Origin: a virus
Taxonomy: Duplodnaviria; Caudoviricetes
Reading direction: 5' to 3' (one strand)
Virus record (IMG/VR): IMGVR_UViG_3300013121_000046
DNA length: 64,000 bases
Shown piece by piece: positions 1 through 9,028 of the stretch. Position 1 is the first letter of the stretch. Each line of letters opens with the position of its first letter. The position numbers and the translations under genes were made by a program. The notes beneath the pieces are model-generated. The model made no database searches and was not told the DNA's origin. It worked only from the letters and a program-made list of their open reading frames with translations.

Positions 1-41
1 CTTATTTGTATCCTCATAATAATCGGGCAACAAATCTCTCC

Positions 42-329
42 CTAGGATATCCCATCTAAAAACCAACGCGGGAGTTGTTTCACCAACTCTGGGGAATATA
101 GCGTACTACTCTTAGTCCGTGACCACATTTTTTCATTAAAAATAGCTACTACTACTGAACTAATGTACTGACCATTCATACCTTTGAATGAAGACCTATC
201 CTTTGATGGGCGTAGGGTCATAATTAAAGAGTAACCTTTATCATATCTTAAAGTCAAAACCTTCACATTTTTTACTCCAGCCTTACGTAAAAACTTCCTT
301 AGAACCCTCTTGGGGTACCGATCAAGCAT
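42..329 (-). CDS. small array protein (Y..DL..L..KL family)
   Basis: N-term RYPKRVLRKFLRK, C-term LPRWF motif; GGAGG RBS. Confidence 0.7.
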   Translation of the reverse strand: MLDRYPKRVLRKFLRKAGVKNVKVLTLRYDKGYSLIMTLRPSKDRSSFKGMNGQYISSVVVAIFNEKMWSRTKSSTLYSPELVKQLPRWFLDGIS

Positions 330-441
330 AATATCTTATCCCCTCCAGACCCTTTCAGACCACAAAGAATACTCAGGTTCAAGTCGATCTTACTGATTAT
401 CGCATTAAGATTCGTGCCGATGTATTTGGCTTTAGTATTTT

Positions 442-666
442 TCAGGATACTCCTTTCCAAAACCAAGCCGGGACCTTATTCTTAGCTTCACTTGAAGACC
501 ATAAATGCTCCCAGATGCCATCAAACCTAGATAGAACTATATAGATTTCATCTTGGTTATTAGGCATCCACCACGTTTCTTCCTCTTCTGAGTATAAGAA
601 GTATATCTGAACCCCGAGTACACTTAACTTCCTCAATAACTTAAGCATGTCAAAATATGAATACAT
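442..666 (-). CDS. small array protein
   Basis: MYSYFDMLKLLRKL; C-term VPAWF. Confidence 0.75.
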   Translation of the reverse strand: MYSYFDMLKLLRKLSVLGVQIYFLYSEEEETWWMPNNQDEIYIVLSRFDGIWEHLWSSSEAKNKVPAWFWKGVS

Positions 667-724
667 AACTTAAACTAACCCTCGCCTATGCCGGCAGAGA
701 AGTAGCCCTCGGAATAACTACACA

Positions 725-973
725 TCAAGGTACTAGACTGTTCCAAACCCAATCGGGACACTTCTTGCTCTTGGAACAACCTCGCGACCAGTGATCTCTC
801 CGCCTTACTGCTAATAAGCCGGAATCATTTGTATCTAATCGGGATCTCCCTACGGATACTAGAGTAGGGTAGAAAACCCCAGTAGATACTGTAACACTAA
901 GGATATTTTGGTTTAGGGCCTTGGCCATTAATCTGGCGATATCAGGTCTCGAATAATGTCTTCTCCTAGCCAT
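725..973 (-). CDS. small array protein
   Basis: HYSRPDIARLMAKAL; C-term CPDWVWNSL. Confidence 0.75.
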   Translation of the reverse strand: MARRRHYSRPDIARLMAKALNQNILSVTVSTGVFYPTLVSVGRSRLDTNDSGLLAVRRRDHWSRGCSKSKKCPDWVWNSLVP

Positions 974-976
974 AAT

Positions 977-1252
977 TTACCACAATCCCTCTAGCACCCA
1001 CTCTGGAACACCTCTAATACTGTGCATTTCTATATCAATCAGACGATGGGAGATATACCCCCAAATTTTTAACTCTCCTCTTGACTTTGGAAATAGAACA
1101 AAAGAGCCTTCGTCAATTAGAAAAAATACCCTTAAAACAAAAGGATTGTCATCAGGGTGGGAGGAATTACCAAAACCAGGGTAGATAAGCAGTTTCTCTC
1201 CCGTCACCCCCTCCATAAGCATCTTCAAATCCGAAAGACTGTACATACCCAT
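977..1252 (-). CDS. small array protein
   Basis: MYSLSDLKMLMEG; C-term VPEWVLEGL. Confidence 0.75.
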   Translation of the reverse strand: MGMYSLSDLKMLMEGVTGEKLLIYPGFGNSSHPDDNPFVLRVFFLIDEGSFVLFPKSRGELKIWGYISHRLIDIEMHSIRGVPEWVLEGLW

Positions 1253-1362
1253 CTTTCCGCTCGTTTCCTAGCCCACTCCGGGCATAGTATCCCCCTGAAA
1301 ATATATACCTAAAAAGAAATAGCCAGTGGGGGGAATTCCACTGGAGATTGCTAGAAAGCGTA

Positions 1363-1644
1363 TTAGAAATGTCGAAAGCTTTTCCCCCAAATATGGGGTA
1401 GCAAGCTTTCTATTTCCTCTAGGGAGGTCTGCGCCAGGACTCGCCAGGTCTTATGCGACTCCACCCACCGTATGCCCGTGCAACCGTCGATACCCAAAAA
1501 ATGTATGCAGATCATCTGTAAATCCGCTACGATTTTCAAGGAAAGGGTCGAGCAAAGGATATTGACAAACACATACCGAGACCTGGAACAACTCATCTTT
1601 ACACAGGCTGCTTTCAGATACTTCAAATTATACCTTGTTAACAT
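1363..1644 (-). CDS. small array protein
   Basis: MLTRYNLKYL; paralog of the adjacent 1664-1966 ORF (WR..A.T.L.E....LP..W..S). Confidence 0.7.
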   Translation of the reverse strand: MLTRYNLKYLKAACVKMSCSRSRYVFVNILCSTLSLKIVADLQMICIHFLGIDGCTGIRWVESHKTWRVLAQTSLEEIESLLPHIWGKSFRHF

Positions 1645-1663
1645 TCCACCACCTTGTATGCGA

Positions 1664-1966
1664 TTAAGCTCCTAAACCAAGGTTACAAAAGTACTGGAGA
1701 CTATTACTCCAGGTGTCGGGTAAAACTCTTTTAAGCTCATTCAGGGTAGTAGCAAAAACGGGTCGCCAGTAGGCCTCGGGCTGAGAAAGTCTCAACAGAA
1801 TATTCCAACCGCCTTCAGCAACTAAAATTCTAATTGAGGTCATATTCACAAATGGGTCCATATCCACATAAGAAAATACCGTCTCCACAATTACCTGGGG
1901 TGATCCCGGCTCACAGGCCTTCTCCACCAATCTACCTACATGCCTAAAATTATACTTAGTTAGCAT
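1664..1966 (-). CDS. small array protein
   Basis: MLTKYNFRHVGRLVEK; C-term LPDTWSNSL. Confidence 0.75.
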   Translation of the reverse strand: MLTKYNFRHVGRLVEKACEPGSPQVIVETVFSYVDMDPFVNMTSIRILVAEGGWNILLRLSQPEAYWRPVFATTLNELKRVLPDTWSNSLQYFCNLGLGA

Positions 1967-1985
1967 TTTACCTAAATCCTACTGC

Positions 1986-2228
1986 CTACGCCTCGACTTG
2001 CGTACTTACCCACACCCAAAAAAAGTCCCTAGAGAAAGCCCACTGATGTTTCTTACAAATCGCAGCCCCTGACCGACCCGGGACAGTACTATTTCCGCTA
2101 TTCCAAATGGCGACACATACCCCCCTATTATCCTGCCCAATTATTGCCTCAGAATCCCTCCATAATCTACCGCTACCTTCAATTGTTCGGAATAACCTAC
2201 TCAAATGCCGCATGGAGTATCTAGGCAT
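1986..2228 (-). CDS. small array protein
   Basis: MPRYSMRHLSRLFRTI; GGAGG RBS. Confidence 0.7.
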   Translation of the reverse strand: MPRYSMRHLSRLFRTIEGSGRLWRDSEAIIGQDNRGVCVAIWNSGNSTVPGRSGAAICKKHQWAFSRDFFWVWVSTQVEA

Positions 2229-2271
2229 CGGAAAAACCTCCCGTGTACTTAGACTATTTCGAGACTACATA

Positions 2272-2496
2272 CTATGATCCCACAAGCATCTCTGGCAATC
2301 TTCGTTCGATCACACTAATCTTCCAAAGACACCTTGGGTAACGTGCATTAGGATTTACCCAAACTTGATCGGACAGCGTATCTCTACAAGACAACCAGTA
2401 AGAATTTAATAGGTCGTCTTTCGTTAAGAAAACATTCCTACCTAGTAACTTTTTCAATAGCCTAACCAACACGTTTCTTGAGTACTTAGAGGACAT
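2272..2496 (-). CDS. small array protein
   Basis: KYSRNVLVRLLKKLLG. Confidence 0.7.
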   Translation of the reverse strand: MSSKYSRNVLVRLLKKLLGRNVFLTKDDLLNSYWLSCRDTLSDQVWVNPNARYPRCLWKISVIERRLPEMLVGS

Positions 2497-2573
2497 TCGA
2501 GGCGCACTCCACTGTTGTTTGATTAAGAAGAGTCTCTTTGGGTCAAAGCCCTGAAAGTACTTCCTTATCCATT

Positions 2574-2882
2574 TTAAGTATTTGTTCCGGCTCTTCTACG
2601 ATCTGCCCTGCGTCGAGACTTCTTAATTACAAAGCCTTCGGGGATCACCCAGAGGGTAAGGACCCTACCACTGGTGACAACTTCTCTTGGCCAAACTTTT
2701 AAGTGCAGATTTACTGCGGCATCGGCACAAGAGAGATTTTCGGGAGAGACTTTTTCTCGGGTAGCTAAGGTTGAAACTAACATATAACTTGTTAGCTTCT
2801 CGGGTAATATGTAAAATCTATACCCTCGCCGGATAAGCAGCTTATAAAAAAGCTTACTCAAATGTTCATAGGAGTACTGCAT
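2574..2882 (-). CDS. small array protein (start re-assigned to ATG 2882)
   Basis: MQYSYEHLSKLFYKLL matches the family N-terminus. Confidence 0.65.
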   Translation of the reverse strand: MQYSYEHLSKLFYKLLIRRGYRFYILPEKLTSYMLVSTLATREKVSPENLSCADAAVNLHLKVWPREVVTSGRVLTLWVIPEGFVIKKSRRRADRRRAGTNT

Positions 2883-2973
2883 AACCCAAAGGGGGCTGGA
2901 GGTAAAATATCCGGAGAGTGCTATAGGCAACCCGAGGCTGCAAGGCTGTAGATTAAACCGCCACAAAAACCTC

Positions 2974-3234
2974 CTAAGACGCTAGTCCCCGGTCACAAGT
3001 AAGACTATATATAAACCACTTCGGGTGGCTCTCTGCATGAAATGAACGCCAATAATAATTTCTCCAGTATAAAAATGGTCCAGATAAAGTAGGGGCGGAA
3101 GTAAACTCTAACCACCAACGGGAGGGAGAGTCTCCAAATCTGTCCCCGCAATTTAGAGGTGAAAATACTCCACACACTTTTTGGCGAAGTATCTTTTCCA
3201 TCAGAACATTCAAATCTAGATTAGTATACTTCAT
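2974..3234 (-). CDS. small array protein (start re-assigned to ATG 3234)
   Basis: MKYTNLDLNVLMEKIL; C-term HPKWFIYSL. Confidence 0.75.
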   Translation of the reverse strand: MKYTNLDLNVLMEKILRQKVCGVFSPLNCGDRFGDSPSRWWLEFTSAPTLSGPFLYWRNYYWRSFHAESHPKWFIYSLTCDRGLAS

Positions 3235-3244
3235 TTTTTGATGC

Positions 3245-3529
3245 CTATTCTTGTCGCCAAGACGGTCCAAGCTTGAAGTGGCTAAAACTTACCCTGGTCC
3301 AGAGGGGCAACTCTTCCAGACCCGGTACTAAGCCATCCGAACATTCAAGTCGCCACTCATTAGACCACCAACGTAAATCCCCATAAGCTTCCCCTGTATC
3401 GCTATGGATTCTCCAGAATCTCGGGGAGGGATAAATGTTTACGAAGGTAGAAAATCCTAACTGCGCAAAGAACTTACTACCCAAAATTTTTTCCGTCAAA
3501 GCATTTAAGGCTGCAACAGAGTATTTCAT
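3245..3529 (-). CDS. small array protein
   Basis: MKYSVAALNALTEKILG; LPLW; ATGA overlap with upstream gene. Confidence 0.75.
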   Translation of the reverse strand: MKYSVAALNALTEKILGSKFFAQLGFSTFVNIYPSPRFWRIHSDTGEAYGDLRWWSNEWRLECSDGLVPGLEELPLWTRVSFSHFKLGPSWRQE

Positions 3530-3798
3530 ACTAACTTCTTTACTATGTCTGGATAACTTAAACTAATTTTAGCCCAGTTAGGAAATACTCCAAACTTTGG
3601 TCCATAGGGTTGTAGACAACACTCAATACTACCCCAACCCAAAAATATATAACACTCGCTATCCGCAGACATACTCCAATGTGGAGGCACCCTCTCTGAG
3701 AACTCAACATATGGAAAAAGGTTCAACGTTCCGAACAGTTCCCTACGGAGTATCTTCTCCATCAGAAAAGTTATGTCTGCTAAAGAATACCATATCAT
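3526..3798 (-). CDS. small array protein
   Basis: WYSLADITFLMEKIL; FPNWAKISL. Confidence 0.75.
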   Translation of the reverse strand: MIWYSLADITFLMEKILRRELFGTLNLFPYVEFSERVPPHWSMSADSECYIFLGWGSIECCLQPYGPKFGVFPNWAKISLSYPDIVKKLV

Positions 3799-3827
3799 GT
3801 ACTAAGGACCTTCGCATTAAAAAATAG

Positions 3828-4145
3828 TTAAGAACGTGTCGGGTCATTACGCAATCGAGGGATGCTTGGGACAGCCCACAAGTGAAATATCCCATCAGAT
3901 TCCCACAGAAATTGCCGACCTCTGAGCCCTTCCAAATAACTAGTAAACACCCATTGCCCTCGAATGAAGTATAACATCAAAATATCTTCAGAAAAATTGT
4001 CCCTTACCCTAGAAAAGACATACCCTATTATATAAGAAGATGTATCAGAGGATCTACCATAGTAGGTACCGAGGTTCCTTATGGTTACCCCAGGCTTCCT
4101 AATGCTTCGCATCAGTTTCAGCACATCTATTTCAGAGTATCGCAT
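3828..4145 (-). CDS. small array protein
   Basis: MRYSEIDVLKLMRSI. Confidence 0.7.
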   Translation of the reverse strand: MRYSEIDVLKLMRSIRKPGVTIRNLGTYYGRSSDTSSYIIGYVFSRVRDNFSEDILMLYFIRGQWVFTSYLEGLRGRQFLWESDGIFHLWAVPSIPRLRNDPTRS

Positions 4146-4201
4146 CTATCAGTAAGCCTTCTCAATTTTGGATTTTACCGTAATCAGTAAGTGCCCAATA
4201 A

Positions 4202-4501
4202 TCAAATTGGGTTAAGTGTCCAATAGTCAAAATAATTTAAGCTTTGCTTAAACCACTCAGGAATACATTTTCGATCCAGCCGGTATGTCTTTTTAGCCCA
4301 AAGAGTTCCAGATACCCAGTAAGCTCCACCAAAAAGTAAAAAAGCGGTATCCGGTTTTACCGTTGTCGCTATACTCCATAACCAAGGGGAACCTGGAAGA
4401 TTATCAAAATCTCCCACTGAGATTTGTGCAAGACTCTCAGAACTTTGGACACGGCTCTTTTGTAGAAGCCCATTCAAATCTCGAAAAGAGTAGTATCGCA
4501 C
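4202..4501 (-). CDS. small array protein
   Basis: YYSFRDLNGLLQK; IPEWFKQSL. Confidence 0.75.
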   Translation of the reverse strand: MRYYSFRDLNGLLQKSRVQSSESLAQISVGDFDNLPGSPWLWSIATTVKPDTAFLLFGGAYWVSGTLWAKKTYRLDRKCIPEWFKQSLNYFDYWTLNPI

Positions 4502-4518
4502 TCATTATTCCTAGCTAA

Positions 4519-4815
4519 TTACGATTCCAGACTATCCACAAACCATTTAGGGATATCCACAGACTCTAAGTACAGCCCAAGGGTACGACAGTATATTCCC
4601 GCCAGTCCACAGATTGGCTCCAAGTAGATTTCTAAACTCTTACCATCACGGTAGCGAATAAGCTTCCATCTAATATCCTGCTTAAGCTTCTTTGCACTCC
4701 ACATTCCGGAAAAACCTCCTAGCGAATCTAAGTTAAAGATTTTTTCAAGGAGTCTACTCCTATCTGAATTAGAATATTTGATGTACATAACCCCCGGGGA
4801 TTGGGTGTTATTCAT
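4519..4815 (-). CDS. small array protein
   Basis: KYSNSDRSRLLEKIF; IPKWFVDSL. Confidence 0.75.
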   Translation of the reverse strand: MNNTQSPGVMYIKYSNSDRSRLLEKIFNLDSLGGFSGMWSAKKLKQDIRWKLIRYRDGKSLEIYLEPICGLAGIYCRTLGLYLESVDIPKWFVDSLES

Positions 4816-4823
4816 TGTATCCC

Positions 4824-5087
4824 TTAAATTTCACTCTCTATGGGAAATAGAGCCAAACTTTTTTTTATCCACTTGGCATACCGACTTGACCGACGACACC
4901 TGTACATGGGCAACCATTGCTTGTACTTTGTGTCCCAAGCCAAGAACAGGTCTCCTCGCCCTTTACCGACCAGCTTCTCCGGCCCTAGCAACAGGGTCTC
5001 AGGGGGCATTGGGATGATCTTGCTCCGCTGCTTAGCAATTCGGAACACAAATCTCTTAACATCTGTGAATTGATACCAAGGCTGCAT
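4824..5087 (-). CDS. small array protein
   Basis: WYQFTDVKRFVFRI; GGGGGTGGG RBS. Confidence 0.65.
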   Translation of the reverse strand: MQPWYQFTDVKRFVFRIAKQRSKIIPMPPETLLLGPEKLVGKGRGDLFLAWDTKYKQWLPMYRCRRSSRYAKWIKKSLALFPIESEI

Positions 5088-5117
5088 AAGCCCACCCCCC
5101 TTATCGAGGTATAGTAC

Positions 5118-5966
5118 CTACGGAGTATGGATGGCTCGAAACATAGGTCGAGTAGGCAGATTCTTCAAAATGGCCAATCCAGCCCTTTCTTGAGCAATAT
5201 CAACGTATTCACGGACGATATCAGCACCAGCCGCCCTCCGATTATGAAGCAAAGCCGCACAGAGGGCAGAGCCTACCCCCATATAAGGATCTAGAAGAAG
5301 TTCCCCGGGCCTAGTCATGGATAGTACTAATCTCTCGACAAGCTCTACCGGAAACTGGCATGGATGCTCTGTTTTCTCTATGTGATTATGCTTCACATTA
5401 GGAATGATCCAAACATCCCCAGGGTTCTTGCCCAATGGGTTGCAAGATAGTTCCCCCTTCCGAGGACCTTTGAAATACTTCTTACCTGGATACTTCTGAG
5501 GAACCCTTACAGGGTCTAAGTTAAAATAATACGAGTCAGACTTGGTAAACCAGAGAATAGTTTCGTACCTTCCAGAGAATCTCTTTGCGCAATGTAAGCC
5601 GTGTTCAAAATGCCACACTATCCGATTCCTAAGCTTCATACCCATATTATGTATGATCGGATGGAGGGCTATATCTAAAGGCAATATCTCACCCTTTGAA
5701 ACTAACATATTTCCTACTTGCCAGCATAAGTGTCCCGTGGGTGATAAAACCCTAACACATTCCCTTAAAACATCTGTTTGACGACGTAGGTACTCGCTCA
5801 AGTCAGAAACCACCTCATACCTTTTTCCTAAATTATAGGGCGGTGAAGTAACCACTAACTGAACTTCATTATCCGGTATATCCTTTAACAGGTCTAAACC
5901 CTCGCCAAAATGTAGATTAACTTTGGCCTCCCTAACATACTTCCTTGCTGCTTCTTCTTGTGACAT
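5118..5966 (-). CDS. orphan beta-class DNA methyltransferase (probably N4-cytosine)
   Basis: Motif IV TSPPY near N-term, HPCQFP, motif I DPYMGVGS near C-term; RBS GGAGAGG before ATG 5966. Confidence 0.92.
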   Translation of the reverse strand: MSQEEAARKYVREAKVNLHFGEGLDLLKDIPDNEVQLVVTSPPYNLGKRYEVVSDLSEYLRRQTDVLRECVRVLSPTGHLCWQVGNMLVSKGEILPLDIALHPIIHNMGMKLRNRIVWHFEHGLHCAKRFSGRYETILWFTKSDSYYFNLDPVRVPQKYPGKKYFKGPRKGELSCNPLGKNPGDVWIIPNVKHNHIEKTEHPCQFPVELVERLVLSMTRPGELLLDPYMGVGSALCAALLHNRRAAGADIVREYVDIAQERAGLAILKNLPTRPMFRAIHTP

Positions 5967-6124
5967 ATCTAAACCTCTCCCGTATGATCGCTGACAGTAG
6001 GAAATGTACATTGCCCCTGGAGAGTGTTCCCTTTTCCAAGAGGGTCAACCCTCGACAAGTCAAAAAATATATATATTCTGCTCCGGATCCTCGCTAGTTA
6101 CACCCCAGAAGACTAACCTGCGAT

Positions 6125-6463
6125 CTACGTATTGTAGGCTCTGAGAATAAGCCAAAGTCTTCTTAATGTATTTACTAACGAATCTCTGTAGGTCCTTCTT
6201 GGGGTACAGCATAAATGTTTCAGACTCTCCTGATCCAAAGGTACAAGCCCTGATAACATAGAAGCATCACCTTGATCGTACAACCAAATTCTCCAGGGCT
6301 TAAGAATATACTCTGGATGATAGTATATTAACGTGTGTCTTGATTTATTAGGTACAAAACAAAAATAGTAAAGAGCACTAGACGCATCCCCCCTATAAAG
6401 GCCACAATGACCAAACATCTTCGCCATTAAATTCAAAATATCTTTCGGGGGATAATATCGCAT
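6125..6463 (-). CDS. small array protein
   Basis: MRYYPPKDILNLMAKMFG. Confidence 0.75.
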   Translation of the reverse strand: MRYYPPKDILNLMAKMFGHCGLYRGDASSALYYFCFVPNKSRHTLIYYHPEYILKPWRIWLYDQGDASMLSGLVPLDQESLKHLCCTPRRTYRDSLVNTLRRLWLILRAYNT

Positions 6464-6487
6464 TTCTCTTATTGGCACTTAAAAATA

Positions 6488-6727
6488 CTAAACCAAAAAC
6501 CAAATAAGCCTTTCAGAGGTCTTTCCGACTCCCAAATCCGGCGACTCTTTGTATCCCCAAACAATGCGGAAGAAAGACCCCTTACACTCACCGAATACAG
6601 TAGCCGTAGCAGTAAACACTAATTTTAACGTTGGCGGTAATGCAAACGGATAGCTCTTAAAATTAGTCAAAGACATTCCAAAGTACTTACTTACAAGCAA
6701 TTTTACATCTTCACTTTGGTAGAACAT
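6488..6727 (-). CDS. small array protein
   Basis: MFYQSEDVKLLVSKYFG. Confidence 0.75.
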   Translation of the reverse strand: MFYQSEDVKLLVSKYFGMSLTNFKSYPFALPPTLKLVFTATATVFGECKGSFFRIVWGYKESPDLGVGKTSERLIWFLV

Positions 6728-6987
6728 AAGTACCCCAGAATGCTGCCACTCAAAACCTCAAATTCTTTCAGACCTTCCCCTCCCAGTCTAGTATACCACA
6801 ACCCATCCTCGGCTTTTATTAGTTTATCCAAACCTGGCAATTGATATAAAAAAATGGTCTGCCTACTCTGCACCGTAAAATAACACATAATCGCAAAATT
6901 ATCAAATTTCGGAGCACCCCTCTCTACCTGATAGCCTAAAAGTTTCTCAAGCAATTGCCTAATAATTTTTGGTGGGAAGTATTTCAT
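6703..6987 (-). CDS. small array protein
   Basis: MKYFPPKIIRQLLEKLLG. Confidence 0.75.
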   Translation of the reverse strand: MKYFPPKIIRQLLEKLLGYQVERGAPKFDNFAIMCYFTVQSRQTIFLYQLPGLDKLIKAEDGLWYTRLGGEGLKEFEVLSGSILGYLCSTKVKM

Positions 6988-7244
6988 ATGGGGTACTGCA
7001 AAACAGGAGAGTCGATTAATGGTCCCGAATATCGCAGCTTTCTCCTAAGATATACCTTAGCAAAATATGTGGTGCTAATAACTACTCCCTGTTGCTTAGG
7101 TAATTTATAAAATACATTACCCCAGTAGACATACGGCTCACACTGCTCATCCTGAAGCGTAATGTAATTCCCCTTTTGCTTCAAGCACAAAAGGGGAGCC
7201 CAAAGTTTACTCGTAAGCCTAAAAACATCTTCTAAAGAGTACAT
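6984..7244 (-). CDS. small array protein, amplified subfamily copy 1
   Basis: MYSLEDVFRLTSKLWAPL...PVLQYPI; near-identical to four neighbours. Confidence 0.8.
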   Translation of the reverse strand: MYSLEDVFRLTSKLWAPLLCLKQKGNYITLQDEQCEPYVYWGNVFYKLPKQQGVVISTTYFAKVYLRRKLRYSGPLIDSPVLQYPI

Positions 7245-7368
7245 CTCACCAAACCCGAGAAGGTTTACCTAATCTAGTATTACTCTTTTTAATAGCACTA
7301 GAAGCTCGCCAAATCTGTATCGCCTCTCTATTCCAAGCAGTAGGTTTTAGTTCTTTAGCTGTGCTGCT

Positions 7369-7644
7369 TCATAGAGGGTACCGCAAAACAGGAGAGAAGG
7401 TTGATGATCCCTGATCGTGCAGCTTTTCCCTAAGTTTGATTCTAGCCCAAAGTGAGACACCCATAACTAAATTAATACTATTCTGTCTCCCCTTAAAACA
7501 CCTAGAAGGGAAGTAAAAGATATTACCGCAGTAGCGACCCAGATCATCCTGAAGCCTAATATTACCTGTCATATTCCTCTTTGAACACAAAATGGGAGCC
7601 CAAAGTTTACCTGTAAGCCTAAGAAGATCTTCTGAAGAGTACAT
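7369..7644 (-). CDS. small array protein, amplified subfamily copy 2
   Basis: MYSSEDLLRLTGKLWAPI...PVLRYPL. Confidence 0.8.
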   Translation of the reverse strand: MYSSEDLLRLTGKLWAPILCSKRNMTGNIRLQDDLGRYCGNIFYFPSRCFKGRQNSINLVMGVSLWARIKLREKLHDQGSSTFSPVLRYPL

Positions 7645-7750
7645 CTCACCAAACCCGAGAGGGCCTACCTAATCTAAACTACGAAGGGTTGATTGCAATC
7701 TCCGCCTCTCTATTCCAAGCAGTAGGTTTCAGTTCTTTAGCTGTGCTGCT

Positions 7751-8026
7751 TCATAGAGGGTACTGCAAAACAGGAGAGAAAGTTGATGACCCCTGATCGT
7801 GCAGCTTGTCCCTAAGATATAGCCTAGCCGAAAATGAGACACCCATAACTAAATTAATACTATTCGGTCTCCTCTTAAAACACCTAGAAGGGACGTAAAA
7901 GATATTACCGCAGTAGCCACCCCGCTCATCCTGAAGCCTAATATTACCTGTCGTACTCCTCCTTGAGCACACAAGAGGAGCCCAAAGTTTACTCGTAAGC
8001 CTAAGAATATCTTCTGGAGAGTACAT
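7751..8026 (-). CDS. small array protein, amplified subfamily copy 3
   Basis: MYSPEDILRLTSKLWAPL...PVLQYPL. Confidence 0.8.
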   Translation of the reverse strand: MYSPEDILRLTSKLWAPLVCSRRSTTGNIRLQDERGGYCGNIFYVPSRCFKRRPNSINLVMGVSFSARLYLRDKLHDQGSSTFSPVLQYPL

Positions 8027-8134
8027 ATCACCAAACCCGAGAGGGTCTACCTAATCTACTAACTACGAAGGGTTAATTGCAATCTCCGTCTCTCTATTCC
8101 AAGCAGTAGATTTCAGTTCTTTAGCTGTGCTGCT

Positions 8135-8386
8135 TCATATAGGGTACTGCAAAACAGGAGAGAAAGTTGATGACCCCTGCTTTCGCAGCTTTTCCCTAAG
8201 ATATGTCCTAGCCAAATATGTGGTTTTAATAACTACTCCCCATTGCCCAGGTATTATATAATATACATCACCGCAATAGCCACCCCGCTCATCCTGAAGC
8301 ATAATGTAATTATCCTTTTGCTTCAAGCACACAAGAGGAGCCCAAAGTTTACCCGTAAGCCTAATAATATCTTCTGAAGAGTACAT
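8135..8386 (-). CDS. small array protein, amplified subfamily copy 4
   Basis: MYSSEDIIRLTGKLWAPL...PVLQYPI. Confidence 0.8.
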   Translation of the reverse strand: MYSSEDIIRLTGKLWAPLVCLKQKDNYIMLQDERGGYCGDVYYIIPGQWGVVIKTTYLARTYLREKLRKQGSSTFSPVLQYPI

Positions 8387-8492
8387 CTCACCAAACCCGA
8401 GAGGACCTACCTAATCTAAACTACGAAGGGCTAATTGCAATCTCCGTCTCTCTATTCCAAGCAGTAGATTTCAGTTCTTTAGCTGCGCTGCT

Positions 8493-8753
8493 TCATATGG
8501 GGTACTGCAAAACAGGAGGGTCGGTTAATGATCCCGAATCTCGCAGCTTTCTCCTAAGATATGCCTTAGCCGAATATGTGGTGCTAATAACTACTCCATG
8601 TTGCCCAGGTAATATAAAAGATACATTACCCCAGTAGCCATACTGCTCACCCCACTTACCCTGAAGCCTAATGCAATTCTTACTTTGCTTCAAGCACACA
8701 AGAGGAGCCCAAAGTTTACCCGTAAGCCTAAGAAGATCTTCTGGAGAGTACAT
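8493..8753 (-). CDS. small array protein, amplified subfamily copy 5
   Basis: MYSPEDLLRLTGKLWAPL...PVLQYPI. Confidence 0.8.
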   Translation of the reverse strand: MYSPEDLLRLTGKLWAPLVCLKQSKNCIRLQGKWGEQYGYWGNVSFILPGQHGVVISTTYSAKAYLRRKLRDSGSLTDPPVLQYPI

Positions 8754-8754
8754 C

Positions 8755-9015
8755 TCACCAAACCCGAGAGGGTCTACCTAATCTAGTATTACTCTTTTTA
8801 ATCGCACTAGAAGCTCGCCAAATCTGTATCGCCTCTCGATTCCTTCTCCCTAAAATTTTATTTACGTAGGTAACCTGCTCATCCACCCGACCCCAAGTCA
8901 AAATCCCAAATTGGGTTCGTACTTGATAAATATCTTCCAACGTAATGTGCATCCAAACATCCATTCCAAATAATCTCTCAACGAGCGATGCTAAATTCTC
9001 CTTAGAGTAAAACAT
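8755..9015 (-). CDS. small array protein
   Basis: MFYSKENLASLVERLFG; its 3' end is the source of part of the repeat spacer. Confidence 0.75.
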   Translation of the reverse strand: MFYSKENLASLVERLFGMDVWMHITLEDIYQVRTQFGILTWGRVDEQVTYVNKILGRRNREAIQIWRASSAIKKSNTRLGRPSRVW

Positions 9016-9028
9016 CTCAAGCCTCTAT

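Larger units (their letters stand above)
6984..8840. repeat. tandem direct repeat, ~360-385 bp unit (gene + spacer), 5 gene copies / 4 spacers
   Basis: Recurring CTCACCAAACCCGAGA...CCTAATCTA and CTCTCTATTCCAAGCAGTAG..TT.AGTTCTTTAGCTG.GCTGCTTCATA blocks. Confidence 0.95.

Noticed and set aside
6984-8753. Diversity-generating retroelement
   Set aside because: No reverse transcriptase in the window, and differences between copies include indels and block swaps rather than only adenine-specific substitutions.
6984-8840. CRISPR array or integron cassette array
   Set aside because: Units are ~370 bp, the variable parts are paralogous ORFs rather than unique spacers, and the spacers derive from neighbouring coding sequence and lack attC-type inverted structure. 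No cas1 or integrase is in the window.
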